Assembly: GCF_964188315.1 (NCBI RefSeq)
Contig: NC_135656.1
Span: 121,272,001-121,336,000 of the forward strand
Length of the DNA stretch: 64,000 nucleotides
Origin: Podarcis muralis
Lineage: Eukaryota
Direction of reading: 5' to 3'
The translations under genes were made by a program, and so were the position numbers. Below, piece after piece: positions 23,800-38,205 of this stretch (position 1 is the first letter of the stretch; each line of letters begins with the position of its first letter). The notes beneath the pieces are model-generated. The model searched no databases and had not been told where the DNA came from. It saw only the letters and a list, made by a program, of their open reading frames with translations.

Positions 23800-24299
23800 A
23801 GATGGCATCTGATTCTCCAGGCTATATAAAGGGATAGGTTCTGCTTAGAACAGAATATTAATCAGAAACAGTTGGTGTGAACTTAATTCAGGTGTGATAC
23901 AGGACCGTGGGACATGTAGTGTGCTTCAGGTTTCCTGTTATCATTCTACAATAGGTACTTACATACATTTGCATAGCCTTTATCCTTTTCATTTTTGCCA
24001 GGAGAAGGTTCGCTATATATATATATATATTAAAGCTTGCTTACTTGCTAAAAGTTAGTGATGATGCTTTGATGTGCTTGAGCTGCCTGAAGATGCTTCC
24101 CTGGTGGCTTTTGAGGGCTAAGATTCTTGGACGAGTCAAGATGCAATGTGGCCACCCAAGGAGGAGGAACATCTGAGCTTTATTGCAATATAAAAGAGGG
24201 ACACTGTTTTATCCTTTCTGGGTTATTAAAAGGGCAGCAATAACATGGTGTGGTATTTTCCTGTTTCTTTCCCATTAAACATTCATTGGTGGGATGCAA

Positions 24300-24785
24300 A
24301 GTGTGGGTTCCACCAAATGCTCTTTTCAGAATTGAAGCATTTATCAGGTTTTTCTTCCATGAGGATATTCTGATGAAAAGTAACACTTGAGCTAAACCTG
24401 AAGTGACTTTCACAGTTGAAACATGAATACATTATTAAAGCAGTGTGACTATAATCAATAAGTTTTTGAAAGTTACATCTCATTGGTTTATGTCACTTTA
24501 TTTTCTTTAAAATAAACCCATGCCTGCACACGTGGGTTGCGATTTGCTGAGAGAGGATGTATATTTCTTTGCTGTCTGTGTAGCTTAGAAATAAAAGTCT
24601 TTGCAATGTAGTCCAAACCTCTTGTCTCTTTCCTGTGCTGGAAACTCTGCTGAAGGGGGGAATGTGACTTGGAGCCTCTTCAAAGGCTCAGGTCGTTAAT
24701 TATTCGTCGGGAGGGCAATTCCGGAAGATGAGATTTATCAGCTTGGCCGAGCAGAGATCCCAACAATGGCAACCCGAACAGGGCT
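24300..24785 (+). mobile_element. Probable LTR 3' part with tRNA-Lys-type primer-binding site (ERV-like remnant)
   Basis: AATAAA at 24590-24595, a CCCAACA end at 24765, then TGGCAACCCGAACAGGG (24767-24783), close to the Lys3 PBS TGGCGCCCGAACAGGGAC. The 5' boundary was not determined. Confidence 0.55.
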
Positions 24786-25039
24786 CCCTGGACATCTGCA
24801 CCATGGTCCAATCCTGAAGGTGTAACAGCTTTATGTTCTGTGTTCCTGCTGCTTAGGGCTTCAGTGAATTGGTCTTAGAACACAACTAGTGGCAACTTAA
24901 ATTAATAAGTTAACTTTTAACTGGCATGTCAATGACCAATAAAAGCAGTGCCATCTATGACTTGATCATGGATGGGGGAATTGACCTGGCATGAGTAACC
25001 CAGGTTTGGTTGGACACAGCAGCTTGCCCTGTTCTTGCC

Positions 25040-25410
25040 ACTGCTTGTCCGGCAGGTTTCTCTTACGCACAGCAACTCAGGTCATGTTGGCGGGGAGTGG
25101 GGTTGCAGTGATTTTTTAGGAAGTCCTTAGTTTTCACCAAGCGACCTATTAGGAGGACACAGTTTTCTGAGTGCATGTTCTGGAACTCTGGCAATAGGGG
25201 CAGTGCATGATTCCTGTTGGTGTACCAGCCTCCCTGCTGCACCAAGGACTCCCTGCTTGAGATGCTTCAGGTTGTGCCAGATGTTCTCCTGGAAACACCT
25301 CATCTGGAGGTCCAAGGGAATTTTAACATGCATGCCGACACACTCTTACAAGGGACTGCTCAGGACTTCGTGGAAAGCATGGCCTCCATGGGGCTGTCCC
25401 TGAATAAATC
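25040..25410 (+). mobile_element. L2 LINE endonuclease fragment
   Basis: VYQPPCCTKDSLLEMLQVV...GNFNMHAD...QDFVESMASMGLSLNKSG resembles squamate L2 APE domain (VYRPP..GDFNIH). Confidence 0.7.
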
Positions 25411-26839
25411 TGGCCTGTGTCATCGCTGTAGATGTGGTGTTTCCCTCTGTGGATGCGGGTGATCTGACACTTCGAATGACCCAGCTCCCCTTCTCCACGG
25501 ATCCTCACAAAAATGTTTGTGTTGACACCCTAAAATAGCCCATTTGAGGATTCCTAAAGACAAGCACAATCCTAACAAGGGGTGAGACTTGCAGTGAGGA
25601 GCACTGGTTGCTTTTTGTTTGTGATACAGAGCATGTACTTTATTTTTCTTTCTAGCATAACTACTGAGGATATGATGGGACAAAATTTGGAAATAAAGAA
25701 GACTTCTCATCCCAATGCATCTGAAAAGAAATATCAAAACTCAAAGTCTAGACCTCAGATGCTCAAACATGATCATTCATGGCACTGGGGAATGGACAAG
25801 ACAGACTCTCAGCAGCATAGGAGCTATTTAACACACCAGGAGTTTCAGACACAATGCAATGAATTATCTTATCTTGCCTTTGATTCTGATATTGGGCTAA
25901 TTTGTCTCACAGGCAATCTTTGGCTCAATCCCTAGAGCTTTGGCTAGAGTAAGGATAATTATACGAGAGGAAACGTCACCTTGGCAACACCATAGATTTT
26001 CTATGTGGCTTGAGGCGCAGGTGCAGAGGTGAAGGAAAACATGTTTATGAGAGTTCACAGAAGTAGCTCCCTGGTTTTGACATGGGTCAGTGTGGGGAAA
26101 AGGTCAGCTTGGCCTTGAACTCACCAAGTACCTTCATAAGCGCCAGGACCAAGATATTCCTTTAGGATGTAAGTGAACACACAGACACACACAACATGGA
26201 GTAGCTACTTTGAGCGCATGAAACCAGGCCACAGTCCCTTCTGGGCAACCTTATGGGGGCGCATATGCCAATGGCGGGTATTGCTAGAGGTAAAAGTGGA
26301 AAGCACAATGAATACACCCCCACATTTGCCCTTTCCTGCTGCAGCCTAGTTCCTACATACCGTACATATGCACACCCCTCTCTATCCTCTATCCAGACAA
26401 GCAAGGAGCAATATAAGAGTTCAAGGCAGCACTTCAGTCATGCAAAAACACACAAGAATGTCACAAAGCAGGACCAGTAAGGGGCATGGCTAGGGAGGGG
26501 TATGTGGCCTACAGAGGACCAGATAGAGGGGCTTGCAGGACCACCTTGGCCAGTGGTTCCACAGCCCTGCTTTCCTGGAACCATCAAGAATCAATATTAT
26601 CTGTTCTGACGAACAGGAGGTACCTCAGATCTCAAGCTGAGAAGGATCTCCCCCAACTTCTCTCCCATACTTGACCTCTTCAATTACACCTCCATTTCTG
26701 GATGAACAGATTTCACTAGCAAATCACAAATGGGGGATTCAGGTACAGGTGTGACAGAATAATCTGCTCAGCTATGGATTACCGATACTTAACATGGAAT
26801 ATAAAGGGTGCAAATGCTTCTCAAAAGAGAAAAGAGATA

Positions 26840-27065
26840 CAGTGGTACCTCAAGTTAAGTATTTAATTCGTTCTGGAGGTCTGTACTTAACCTGAAACTG
26901 TTCTTAACCTGAAGCACCATTTCAGCTAATGGGGCCTCCTGCTGCCGCTGCGCCGCCGGAGCACAATTTCTGTTCTCATCCTGAAGCAAAGTTCTTAACC
27001 TGAAGCACTATTTCTGGGTTAGCAGAGTCTGTAACCTGAAGCCTATGTAACCTGAGGTACCACTG
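26840..27065. mobile_element. Tc1/mariner (Tigger/pogo-like) MITE, paralogous copy
   Basis: Perfect TIR CAGTGGTACCTC/GAGGTACCACTG with TA TSD. Confidence 0.85.
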
Positions 27066-27485
27066 TATTTCGTGTGTTTTTTGGGAGGGACACTGAAATT
27101 GGATCAAATTTGTTTACAAGAAACACACATTAGGAAAAAGGGTATCAGATATTTGATTAAAAAAGATTAGGTGTGGAATTTATCTTTGCAGGACTGAAGG
27201 GGCTAAATGGAGATGTTCTAAGGATTACACAAACATCAGAAGCAAGGGTAGCACAAGGTTACTTATTGCACTGTACTGCTGGGAGCAGGAAGATTATTGC
27301 CCAGAATAAAAGTGTGATTGAGTCAAGATAGATATGCATGTAGTTTAATGGTTCTGAAGAAGAACCGTATTGGTGAAACCACAGCAGATTGGGTGGTGTA
27401 AGAACTCTTTTTCTCTTTTGCTGATTGGCTAGCTCTAGAGGAGAGAGGAGCCACTCACAGGGGAGGTCCAGGAGGCAGAGCCAAA

Positions 27486-27492
27486 ATGAGAG

Positions 27493-27523
<31 letters not shown>

Positions 27524-30500
27524 TCTGCTGATGCCCTTTCGAGTCTGTGAGAACCCAGAGGCAAAATGCCCCTTGAATCTGATCAAGGATGAAAATAAAG
27601 CACACAATTATTACCGGCCTGGAGACTTCCTCATCAGCGGAATCATATCCCCAAGAAATTTTCATAGGCAACTTCCATATGTATTTTCCGACACCCCGCT
27701 AACCAGACTTGAGGGGTAAGTAAGTATTTGCTGGTGGATGTCATGTTTCTGCATCTCCACTCCATGGGTTCCTATTTACTAGGGAAATAGCCCCTATTTC
27801 AGGGCTGAAGAGCCTGTGGCCTTCCAAAAATTATTGTAACAAACTTGAACAAACTATACGAATTTTGCCAATCGGAGCAACTCAGAATTAATTACGCAAG
27901 ATCAAAGGTGACTATTTTTGGCAAACGCACCCCCAAGTTTAATAGGAAAATAGCTGGAAAGAAAATGGATCAAGTTCCCTCAGGTACCCAGACAGTGTTG
28001 GTAGGTGTAAGAACTTGGGTGACAGTTACAAATATTTTCTCCTGATATTTGGGTGAGCATTAGATTCTTTGTCATTCTTTCCCCCTTCCGCCTTCTGGAG
28101 CTTACTCCTGGAAGCTGTTGGCAAAATTAGTGTAAAACTATAATGAGATTGAGAAGAGAACAGTTTCCTCAGGGATTAAAAAATGAATTACAAGGCAACT
28201 TTCCTTCTGTGGGTCCCTCCTTTATAGTTGAAAGCAATGTTAGTCGTGTTAGTGTCATTTAAATATGGGTGTTAATTGCATCAATTGTGCTTGGGCGTGT
28301 CTCTTGCCTATCCTCTGATTTCTGTTCAGGGTTAGAAGGCCAGCTGAGGTGGACCTCCTGAAAACAGGTCAAGGATATAGACATCTGTCATGACTCATTA
28401 TGAAAGGGTCCCTCCCCCCAGCTTTTTCTCGTTGAAGGATCTCTCTCTGTGTGTGGGTGGGGGTGGGGGTGTGTCTGTGGGTGTCTGTGGGTGTGTGGGT
28501 GTGTTGGCTGATTTATAGCCTGCTGCATCCATTAGCCTTTCAGCCTTCAGACTGAGTCAAGCTTCCATTTTGACTACAAAATCCTCATTGACTGCAGACT
28601 CTAATACAGACTTAGACAAGGGTTAATCTACTTGACTTAGTTTATAGTGTGTAGCTCATGATATGACAGTAGCTTCTAACTTTATGCATATACTGTTAAT
28701 AGTTGTCTTCTTAGAATCATAGAAACATAGTATTGTAGAGTTAGAAGGGACCCCAAGGGCCATCTAGTCCTACCCCCTGCAATGCAGGAATTATCACCTG
28801 AGGCAATAAAAAAACACATGTAAATAGAACTGTATGGGAAAGGAATTTTCTTCATTGTCAACCCAGAAATGGCCGGGAATGGTAAAGAGTAATGATGTTG
28901 AAGTTCTGCTGCAGGAATCTACTGGTTACACAGCTACTATATATGTGCTCTTAAAGCATTATCAAATCTAAAAGAACTCCCCCCCCCCACTGGAATGACA
29001 CGAACACCCCCCCATCCCCCGATACAAAGTAATGTATGCAGTCAAGTGCAATGCATCTTCGGACTCAATTTGGTTCTGGGCATGGACCCATATTCCTAAG
29101 GATCCTTCCTCACTGCTGTGTCTGCCAGCTAATCTCATGGACCCAAGAGCTGCCCTGCCCATCATTAGTGGGGCTAAAAGGGACTTTTGTTGACAGTGTA
29201 ATCCATGACTACTGAAAAGAAAATGCTATGGATGCAGTAGATAAGCAGGGTGGGGATTGCAGCCTTATATCCCCTATTCCACAGACAAGAGTTCTCTGTT
29301 TCAGGAAAGGGGCATTTCCCACTCCCTTTGAAGCAGCCAAGACTACTGCAGCATTCACAGCCTTTTGGTGTGCTTGTGTGTTTGTGTGTGTGTTGTGTTT
29401 TGTTATTTGAAGGCTGTGTGCTTCTATTCTACAATGAAGTGTGAATTTCCCCTTTTTTTGCAATAAGGATATGTCTCACACAAGCATACAGACCAGTATT
29501 TGGAGTTCATATAGTGTTTAGTTTTATTAAATGCTGAACAGCAGTTTGACAATTAATGATTATCATTGAATTGCAGGTTCCCCCCTGTTTCCTACTGGTA
29601 TGCCTTGTCCTTCTTGTTCACCATTCAAGAGATCAACCAGGATCCTAGGCTCTTACCCAACATCACCCTGGGCTACAACCTCTATGAGAACTATTTTGAT
29701 GCCCGGAGGACATCTGAGGCCATGCTAGACCTGCTTGCAGGCAGGGAAGGCAATATTCCCAACTATCACTGTGGAAAACAAAGCAAACTCCTGGCTGTTC
29801 TTGAAGGAGCAAATTCTGACATCTCGAAAGAGATTTCAGTCTTGTCAGGCATCTACAAAATCCCTCAGGTATTTGCAGGGGTGGGGTGCAGGAATGGAGG
29901 GACAGTGGAGAAGTTCAGCAATATAACAAGAATATCCAAAAATGAGAAAATCCTGAGCCATGGCTCCATGGCTTTTCTTCAAAGCTTGATTGATTGATTG
30001 ATTGATTGATTTAATAAAACCAAGCCCCCACCACCTCACACACTCCCAATGCTTCAGAATAAAACTCTCAGCTTCAGCCAGCACACATTTTGTTAGATAT
30101 TGATCATTCCAGGTTAGTATCTGGTCTTTTCTTCTGAAAGCAAAGTAAAACACCAAACTCTTCCATTCCCCACTAGATCAGTTATGGCTTTATTGCTCAG
30201 GCACTTGAAGAAGTTCAGTTCCCTTTTGTCTACCGGATCGTCCCCAAAGAAGAAACTCAGCACCAAGGGATTGTTGAGTTGCTCCTGCATTTTGGATGGA
30301 CGTGGATTGGCCTCATTGCTCCAGACAATGACAATGGAGAAAGGTTCACAAGTGCCTTGAGGTCTTTAATGATCGAAAAAGGAATTTGCATTGCATTATC
30401 AAAAAGATTTCCAGAAAAGAATGGTCATCAAATGCTTGATCTAATTGAACCATTCATTATCTGGACACAAGTCAGTGTCATTGTTTACCATGAAATAAAT

Positions 30501-33500
30501 CGAATGGGATGGATTCCAATCATGACACTACAAGGGACATTTGGGAAAGAAATTGGGGCAAAAATCTGGATTGCGGCAGCTTTTCAGGACACCAATACCT
30601 ATATGTCTTCTCCTCCTGTTCTGTTCCAGTACATCCATGGTTCTTTATCCTTTGTACTGAAGGCTCAAAGAAGGACCAGCTGTGGCTACAAGAGTCCATA
30701 CTCATCTGCTCTCCAACAATTTTGGAACACAGCATTTCATTGTTCATATTCAAAGCATGTGTTGGCTGCAAAAGGCGAGACCAGATGCACAGAGGAGGAG
30801 AAACTGGAGATTCTGCCCAAAGAAGAGATGGAGACAGCCCTGTCTCAAGATAGCTACAACACTTACTTCAACGTCCAAGTTGTTGCACATGCCTTAAATT
30901 ATGCCTATTCATCTAGATCAAAGTGGATGGTGATGGGAGGTGGAAGAGACTGGTTGGAACATCAAAGGCTGCAGCCATGGCAGGTAATTCTTTCCCCATT
31001 TTTTCACACCGAAATTCATTGTCCCAGCCAGGTTTTTGGTGTTTTTTAACAAAATGTGTGATGTTCTGTTGTGTTTTTGTATATTGTGTTGGAAGTTGCG
31101 GCAACCCAGTCCGATAGGCAAGGTACAATAAAATAAAATAAAATAAATAAAATAAAATAAAATAAAACAAAATAAAATACTACTAATAACTACAATAATA
31201 AATTCCAACTGCACAAGTTCCCCATCTCAACATACATAGAAAATAAAAGCCAAATGAATGGAAAGAATTGTTTCTGCTTACTTACACCCTTTATCAGTAG
31301 GAGTTACTGGTTGACATCTACTATGCAAGCCTGGACAGTGTGTTGGGAGGTCCTGGGCCGCCTAGAGCACAAGAATACCCCCCTCAGCCTCATTGGTATG
31401 GTCCAAAGGAAAGGAAAACAATATGTTGGGCACTAGGATGGATGCAGGAGTTGGCGGAAGGAGGAACACAAGATGCCCCCTAACCTGCTTTGGGACTCCA
31501 GATTTGTGTAGGGTTTACTCCTGAGCCTTTTCCTCTCCTGAAGATGCCTTACAGGGCAGCAGTTATGGGTTGTTCCTCAGGGTTTACTCCTGAAACCTTT
31601 CTCACAAATGTGCATGGCTGCAAGGCTGCATCCAAGCTTCCCTTCTCCTAGAAGGGCTGGCTTCAGGGGTGTCTTACCCATAGAGGAAAGTGATGTGGGG
31701 CACCAGGGCGTCAAGGAAGAGGTGGAGGTTGTTTGGGCCTCCCGGCATCAGCTCGCTCCCCTCACCTGTCTCGCTGCAGCAAATCCACTTTTGTGAGGCT
31801 TCTGGCAGAGGTCAAAGTTTTGTCAGAAGACCCCCACACTTTCTGGTGGTTCCTCCTTGCTGCCCACAGAGAGATCCAGCCTTCTCAGCTGGAGTTGGAC
31901 CCTTCTCCTCTCTTCCTCTGTCCCTGCTGAGTCTTGAAGATGCCCATCAACAGTTAGTAGCACCTAGAAAACAGACTGCACAGGCACAAGGGATCCTGGC
32001 CATAGGATTCTACACTTGGTTGAGATGTGCTCTCTTTTCATTTTTATCTCAGCATTTATATATTGACATTTGTCAAAAGCTGCCAGGCCAGCTTACAATA
32101 CAGTAAAACAAAACAAAACAGTTTTAAAAAATGATACCAAACAACTGAATATAGTATAAAACACAATACAGAATACAGGCAGGATATCTGGTGTTTCCCT
32201 GTCACTGCAGCTTCACCCTTTCTTAAGAGAAATCCAGTTTTCAAATGGCTCAATCGATGGAATGCATTTGGATGAAAATGGGAAGCTGCCAGCCGAGTTT
32301 GATATTGAGAACTGGGTGATGTTTCCCAATAAGTCTCGTGTCAGAGTGAAAATAGGGAGTATACAGAGAAGGGCATCCGTTGACATGAACTTCACCATTA
32401 GCCCAGAAGCCATTGTGTGGCCAAAACGGTTTAACCAGGTAAGGGACACTTGATTCCATGTGACATTCCTTAAGCTGCGAATATTTTTGAATAATACATC
32501 TGAGGCTTCAATTGCAATCCTTTGGACACTTAACAGGGAGTAAATCTCATTGGATATGGTGCAGGGGTTGGAACTGACAGCTCAGGGGGCCTTCATTGCC
32601 TAAAATGACTATGTGATGCAGATGGGATTTTATATCCATGGAGGAAATATATGCTTTCGTGTGCATGCAGACTTCAGCTTATACCCAGAACAAACTTAGT
32701 TGGTCTCTGAGGTGCTACTGGACAATTTTTTTTTATTTTTTTTATTTATTTCGACTGCGTCAGACCAACACAGCTACCTACCTGAATCTATAATCATTTT
32801 TTTAGGCTACCATCTTCAGTAGCTGGTGTGTTTTATTGCCTGTTTAATTGCTGTTGTTTTGTTGCTGCTGTTGTTCAGAGATTGTTACTGTATCTTTTGC
32901 CTTAAATATACTTATCTGGGATATGAATGTTGAAGGAAACACACCAAAGACATTTCCCTGCCATGTTGTTCTGCAAGAGAAGCGCTCTTGTGAACAAAGG
33001 GTTCGGAGCCAGTGGAACCAGAGATCCAGTTGGTTTGTTTCCAAACTCTATGAATAACCTCTATAGACCCCAAAACTCCTAACAATTTCCCCTTGATGTT
33101 CCTTTTTCTCTTTATGGCTAGACTGTGCCTTTCTCCAGGTGTACCAAAATCTGTCTACCTGGATCCACCAAAGTGGTTCAAGAAGGAAAGCCGATTTGCT
33201 GCTATTCTTGTGCTCCATGTGCAGAAGGGACAATCTCTACTTCTGAAGGTGGGTGACTCCAAGTTAGAAGGAGAATAGGAATAGGAATCTCTGGCCAAAA
33301 TGTGGAGAGCAAAATGGAGAACTTTGGATGCACTGCCCACAATGCATTTATTTAGGGATGTTAAACGGTGCGCTCAGTGAGCAAAGAACTAAAACCACAT
33401 GAAAAAGGAAATGAGTTTTTTTTAAAAAATTAACTTAGTAAATGTTCAGTTAGTGAAAGCACATTACAAAATAAAATAAATCATATGGAAATTGTTACAT

Positions 33501-34977
33501 GGAAGAAATACAAAAATGTTTGTACTACCTATCTAAAAACATATGTACAAACTTAATAGTGAGCAATTATCCTTCTAACAAAATTTCTCCAATCCAGCTA
33601 ACTGAAATGTTGCTGGAGATGTTGGATAAATATTACTTATATAAAAGTAAATAATTGCAAATAGGTCAGAAGTGTAAAGGGGGGGACCCCAAATGATATG
33701 GGCCCCAGAAGACAAAATATGAACTGTAAAAGCTCAAGGTAAAGAGGCATGTCGTTGGTATTTGGTGAAAGCTGTACAATGTCGACACCAGACACATGTC
33801 TGTGGAGGTGAGAGTTTCTCAGCTATTCCTATATCCCAAGGTTGTTTGGGTGATAAAAAGCAAGGAAACCCCCTCTCTCCTTGAAGGAAAGGCAGGATGC
33901 TATGGTAAATGTTGAAAAAGGAAATAAACAAACTTTTGCCTCTCCCTCCCTACAATACCTTCTTCCCTGATCACCCTTGCATCCGCATTATTCTTCCTGG
34001 TATTATAGAACACAGATGGTTATTCATATGGATGATGTTTGGACACTCTTTTCTCCTTCTCCTTAGATGCAGATCATTGCATCAAATGTCCAGAAGATCA
34101 ACATCCAAATAAAGACCGAGATCAATGTATCCACAAGATTATCACCTTCCTGGCTTATGAAGACTACTTGGGAATCGTCTTAGCTTTCCTTTCCCTATTC
34201 CTGTCTTTGACAACAGGCTTTGTCTTAGGAATCTTCATTAAATACAAGGAAACACCCATAGTCAAAGCCAACAACCGGGACCTCTCTTACATCCTCCTCA
34301 TTTCTCTCCTGCTTTCCTTTTTGTCTTCCTTCCTGTTCGTTGGGGAGCCAAAGAAAGCGACTTGCCTTCTCCGGCAAACAGCTTTCAGCATCATCTTCTC
34401 CACTGCAGTTTCTTCTGTGTTGGCAAAAACCATCGCTGTGGTGCTGGCCTTTCTTGCTACTAAGCCAGGAAACAGAGTCAGGAGATGGCTGGGGAAAAGT
34501 CTGATGAACTCCATTGTCATTTCCTGTTCCAGTGTCCAAGTGGTTATCTGCACCGTCTGGTTAGGGATCTCTTCTCCATTCCCAGAGTCTGACATGCACT
34601 CCCAGTCTGGACAGATCTTTGTGCAATGCAATGAAGGGTCTGTTGCTATGTTTTACAGTGCCCTTGGCTACATGGGCTTCCTGGCTGCCATCTGTTTTAT
34701 GGTGGCTTTCCTAGCCAGGAAGCTGCCTGGGGCCTTCAATGAAGCCAAGCTGATCACCTTCAGCATGCTGGTTTTCTGCAGTGTTTGGGTGTCCTTTGTG
34801 CCCACCTACCTGAGCACCAAGGGGAAACACATGGTAGCCGTGCAGATCTTCTCTATTTTAGCGTCTAGTGCTGGGCTTCTCGGTTGTATCTTCCTACCTA
34901 AGTGCTACATTATTGTACTGAGGCCTGATCTGAATACAAAGGAGCACCTAACAACTCAAATTAAAGATGCCATATGA
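27486..34977 (+). CDS. Vomeronasal type-2 receptor, paralog A2, intact, 864 aa
   Basis: Exons 27486-27715, 29577-29868, 30177-30983, 32211-32438, 33122-33248, 34067-34977. Total 2595 nt with compatible phases. The signal peptide has 12 Leu versus 10 in A1. Confidence 0.95.
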
Positions 34978-35019
34978 TTCTCTAAGGGCTCAGCTACACA
35001 GCTGCAAATAAAACATTTT

Positions 35020-35494
35020 ATTTATTTTTGAATTTTATTTATTTATTAAAGTTCTTATGTTTCATCGGTAAACATGATCATATTACATCACAAGGCTTAT
35101 TGTACTATAATTTGCAACATGTATACAAAGTTTATATACTAAAAGAAGAAGGAAAAACATTTTTTTTTCCAAAATCATATATGTACCAACACATTGGACT
35201 TCCTGTCTATCCTGTTGTATATTCATTTTTTTTACAAGTGATTGTACTCTTTTATTGTATATTTCTTTACATTTTATCTAATACATTCCTTTATCAATAT
35301 GTACCCTTGGTCTTATTTCTCAACGTCTCCAATGTCAATTGAATGCTAGGATAGAAAGTGACCCTTTACTGTATTTTTGAACATATATCTTATATCTATC
35401 CCACTTTTGCATAAATTTTTGTTTTGAGTTGCCTCTCAGGCTATTTGTCAACTGCGCCATTTCAGCAAATTCTTGTAGCTTGTTATGCCAATCC
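35020..35494 (-). mobile_element. Antisense L1 3' fragment with 118-bp flanking repeats (copy of 10749-11226)
   Basis: Direct repeats at 34902-35019 and 35495-35612. Confidence 0.8.
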
Positions 35495-35754
35495 GTGCTA
35501 CATTATTGTACTGAGGCCTGATCTGAATACAAAGGAGCACCTAACCACAAAAATTAAATATGTCATGTGATTCCCTAAGGACTCAGCTAAATAGCTGCAA
35601 ATAAAACATTTTAAATGTGTTTTGAAGTGCAATTTACAAATGTGACAGCAGATGACAACAGCGAGCTATGCAAAATTCAATGTATTTTTCAAAAAGTTTT
35701 TTCTCTTCCTTTCCCATAAATAAGAATGATGAAAATGTATTTGTAATGTTGGGG

Positions 35755-36782
35755 CTCCGCTAGGGGTGCCTTGGAAGATGGCCGACAATACCATCTCTCC
35801 AGCTCACACAAGATACTTAAGGGGCTGAGATGGGAGTAAATCAGCCTCCCATTTTTCTTCCCGGTGTAAGGGAAGATGCAGCCTCATCCGCGGTTGCCCA
35901 TAAATCATCCCCGAGTACGAAAGAAGGAGGATTGGACTGGAAAGAAGATAACATCAAAGAATAACATCTATGCCGGTATGTTGAAATGGAATGGAAAGAC
36001 TTTTTCTTTTCTTATTACGATATTATCTAACAACCCACCCACCCCCCAGAAGAACCGTCAATACGACCTATAGCAAGTGAGATTGGAAAATAAACTGTGT
36101 GGAAATAAAAATATCAACTAAAGCTTTTGTTTTTTGAAATATCTGGAAAGAAAATAAAAGGCTCTCTTGTGACGCAGTTTTTAATCAGGATCCGCCATTA
36201 TGAGACAGACCATGTTGCGAGATTAATAGTCATAGGGGGAGGCGAGCCATTACTCTGTTATCATGTTTGTATTCTAAGTTTGACTTGGCAAATCTTCTCT
36301 GGAAAGGCTAATTTATGGATCAACTTGTCTGGGAAAATTAATGAGCAAACGCCTAGATTTTATTTCATCGGAACTGAGAAAGATGGTGTCTGCCGCTCGA
36401 GGAGGACTTTTGGATCAGCGTGTGATTTATTGCAAACAAAAGATTTACCAGCTTTTTAAAAAGGGAGAGCCTTACAAAGTTCACACAGAAACATATTATT
36501 GCTTACTTTAACTTGCCTGTGGAAACAACTCAGAGGTTATTAAGAAGAAAAAGGATAAAAACAAGAAGATTGAAAGATGGGACTGGTGAACACTAAAAGC
36601 AGCAGAAATATGAGATGATTGGACCCTACTGAACTCGAAGCATGGGAACGCCCAACAAAAATTTATAATTCGGCAAAATATTTGGACTTTATGATATGTA
36701 TTGGTATAATTTGGAATAATTAATGTGATATGATTGGTTTGTTAAATGGAAAACTTCATAAAAATTATTATAAAAAAGAAAA
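35755..36782 (+). mobile_element. Non-autonomous L1-derived element family 1, paralogous copy with internal deletion
   Basis: Same TSD (35731-35754 and 36783-36806, slightly mutated). It lacks about 11662-11848 of the A1 copy. Confidence 0.75.
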
Positions 36783-37900
36783 GAAAATGTATTTGTAACG
36801 TTGGGATGTGTGCAGTGTGCTGTCAGCTCGCCAGTGGATTGCGTAACTGAAGCCACAGCATTGTAGAAGAAATATGTCAGACAGTTAACCAAGGTCAGCA
36901 ATAGTATATTGTACTGGCACGTAGTAGAACAATTATGTACAACACAGTTCTTTGAGCATCCCTAGAGCCCAAGGAAGGTCGGTGGCCGAGCACCCACAAA
37001 TTTTGGTGCCAGGGCCATGCATGCTGCATGGCACCCATGGCACCGGGCACCCCCTATTGTGCGGGCAAAATGGCACTACTGTTCATGTGAGCCATGGTTG
37101 TAAACTTACAGATAATGTTAAAAGATCCAGTCAAACTTCTTCATTTAGTCAAATGGTTGCCATTCAAACTTCCTTCTAAGCTTGTTCTGCTGCCTAATAT
37201 TGATCTCAGAGAACACAGCACCTCTACTAACAACCACCATCACTAGCCTAACCCTGTTTTGTCTATAGTGGCCCATTTCAAGTAAGACCTGCTCACCTCT
37301 CACTCATGAACAGGGAAGGTGGTGTTGCAGAGGCTCCCCCTAAGACTTCCTCCCTCTTAGTTGGAGTGCTAATTTGGCATCTACCAAGCTCCACTAAGCT
37401 CCTGGTTGAAGGATCTGTGTGTATTGCTGGAGCCTGAATGAAGTGGCTATATGGCTGATGTCACTGTTTGATTTATATGGGGATTTGTAATGTTTTTCTC
37501 CCATTGATACACTTTAAACCAATCTATTCCACCTTTTATACACGCCAGCATTTATTGTATTTCTTCTTCGCTTTCTTTTTGCAGTTTCTTTTATTTCTTT
37601 TTTCTAAAGATCAGTTAATAGCTGTGTGCTGGGAATCTGTTTCTATGAACCTGCACAATTTGATGCTGAGCCAAGAAGGCATCTCTCAACTCCATAAGAA
37701 AGATATATTTTCCTGCAGTACCCTATGCCTTCTTAGCCAGAATTCCCATTAAGTTCAATGGGACACACAGAACCTGGACTTATTTACCTGGGAGTAAGCC
37801 CCATGGGGCATATGCCTTAAAGAAACAAGCAGTTGATAATTCTTAATGATCTAACTGTGGGTTGGTTTTTGTGGGGATCAGAGGCTTGCATGTCTCTCAA

Positions 37901-38205
37901 CAGGGCTGAATTTAGGTTTGATGAGGCCCCAAGCTACTGAAGATAATGGGGCCCTTTATATGTCCACCTGTCCTTTGTCAACAACAAATTGTTGCTGGAT
38001 TTTGTGTTGAATATAGGCTATACTGTAATTTATGGACCTAATAGGTCCATGCACAACACAAAACACTGTTGCTGTGTGTTTATATTATTTGTTTTTTATC
38101 CTATATTTTGGAAATGTACATGCAGTTTTTCCCCCCTTTAACCTTTTTTGGGGAGAGTGGGCCGTAAGCTATGGCTTGTTTAGCTTATACGTAAATCTGG
38201 CACTG
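37901..38205. mobile_element. hAT-type MITE (copy of 13817-14121)
   Basis: Near-identical sequence and TSD. Confidence 0.75.

Larger units (their letters stand above)
171..24131 (+). repeat. Segmental duplication unit 1 (V2R A1 + V2R B1)
   Basis: Colinear with 26590-50608. Exon offsets are 24266-24271 bp for A exons 3-6 and 24084 bp for B exon 1. Shared TE insertions lie at matching positions. Confidence 0.9.

Noticed and set aside
25950-26590. Possible gene or MITE in the spacer before A2
   Set aside because: Only fragmentary resemblance to hAT-MITE-like sequence, with no TIR or TSD pair or credible ORF that I could define.
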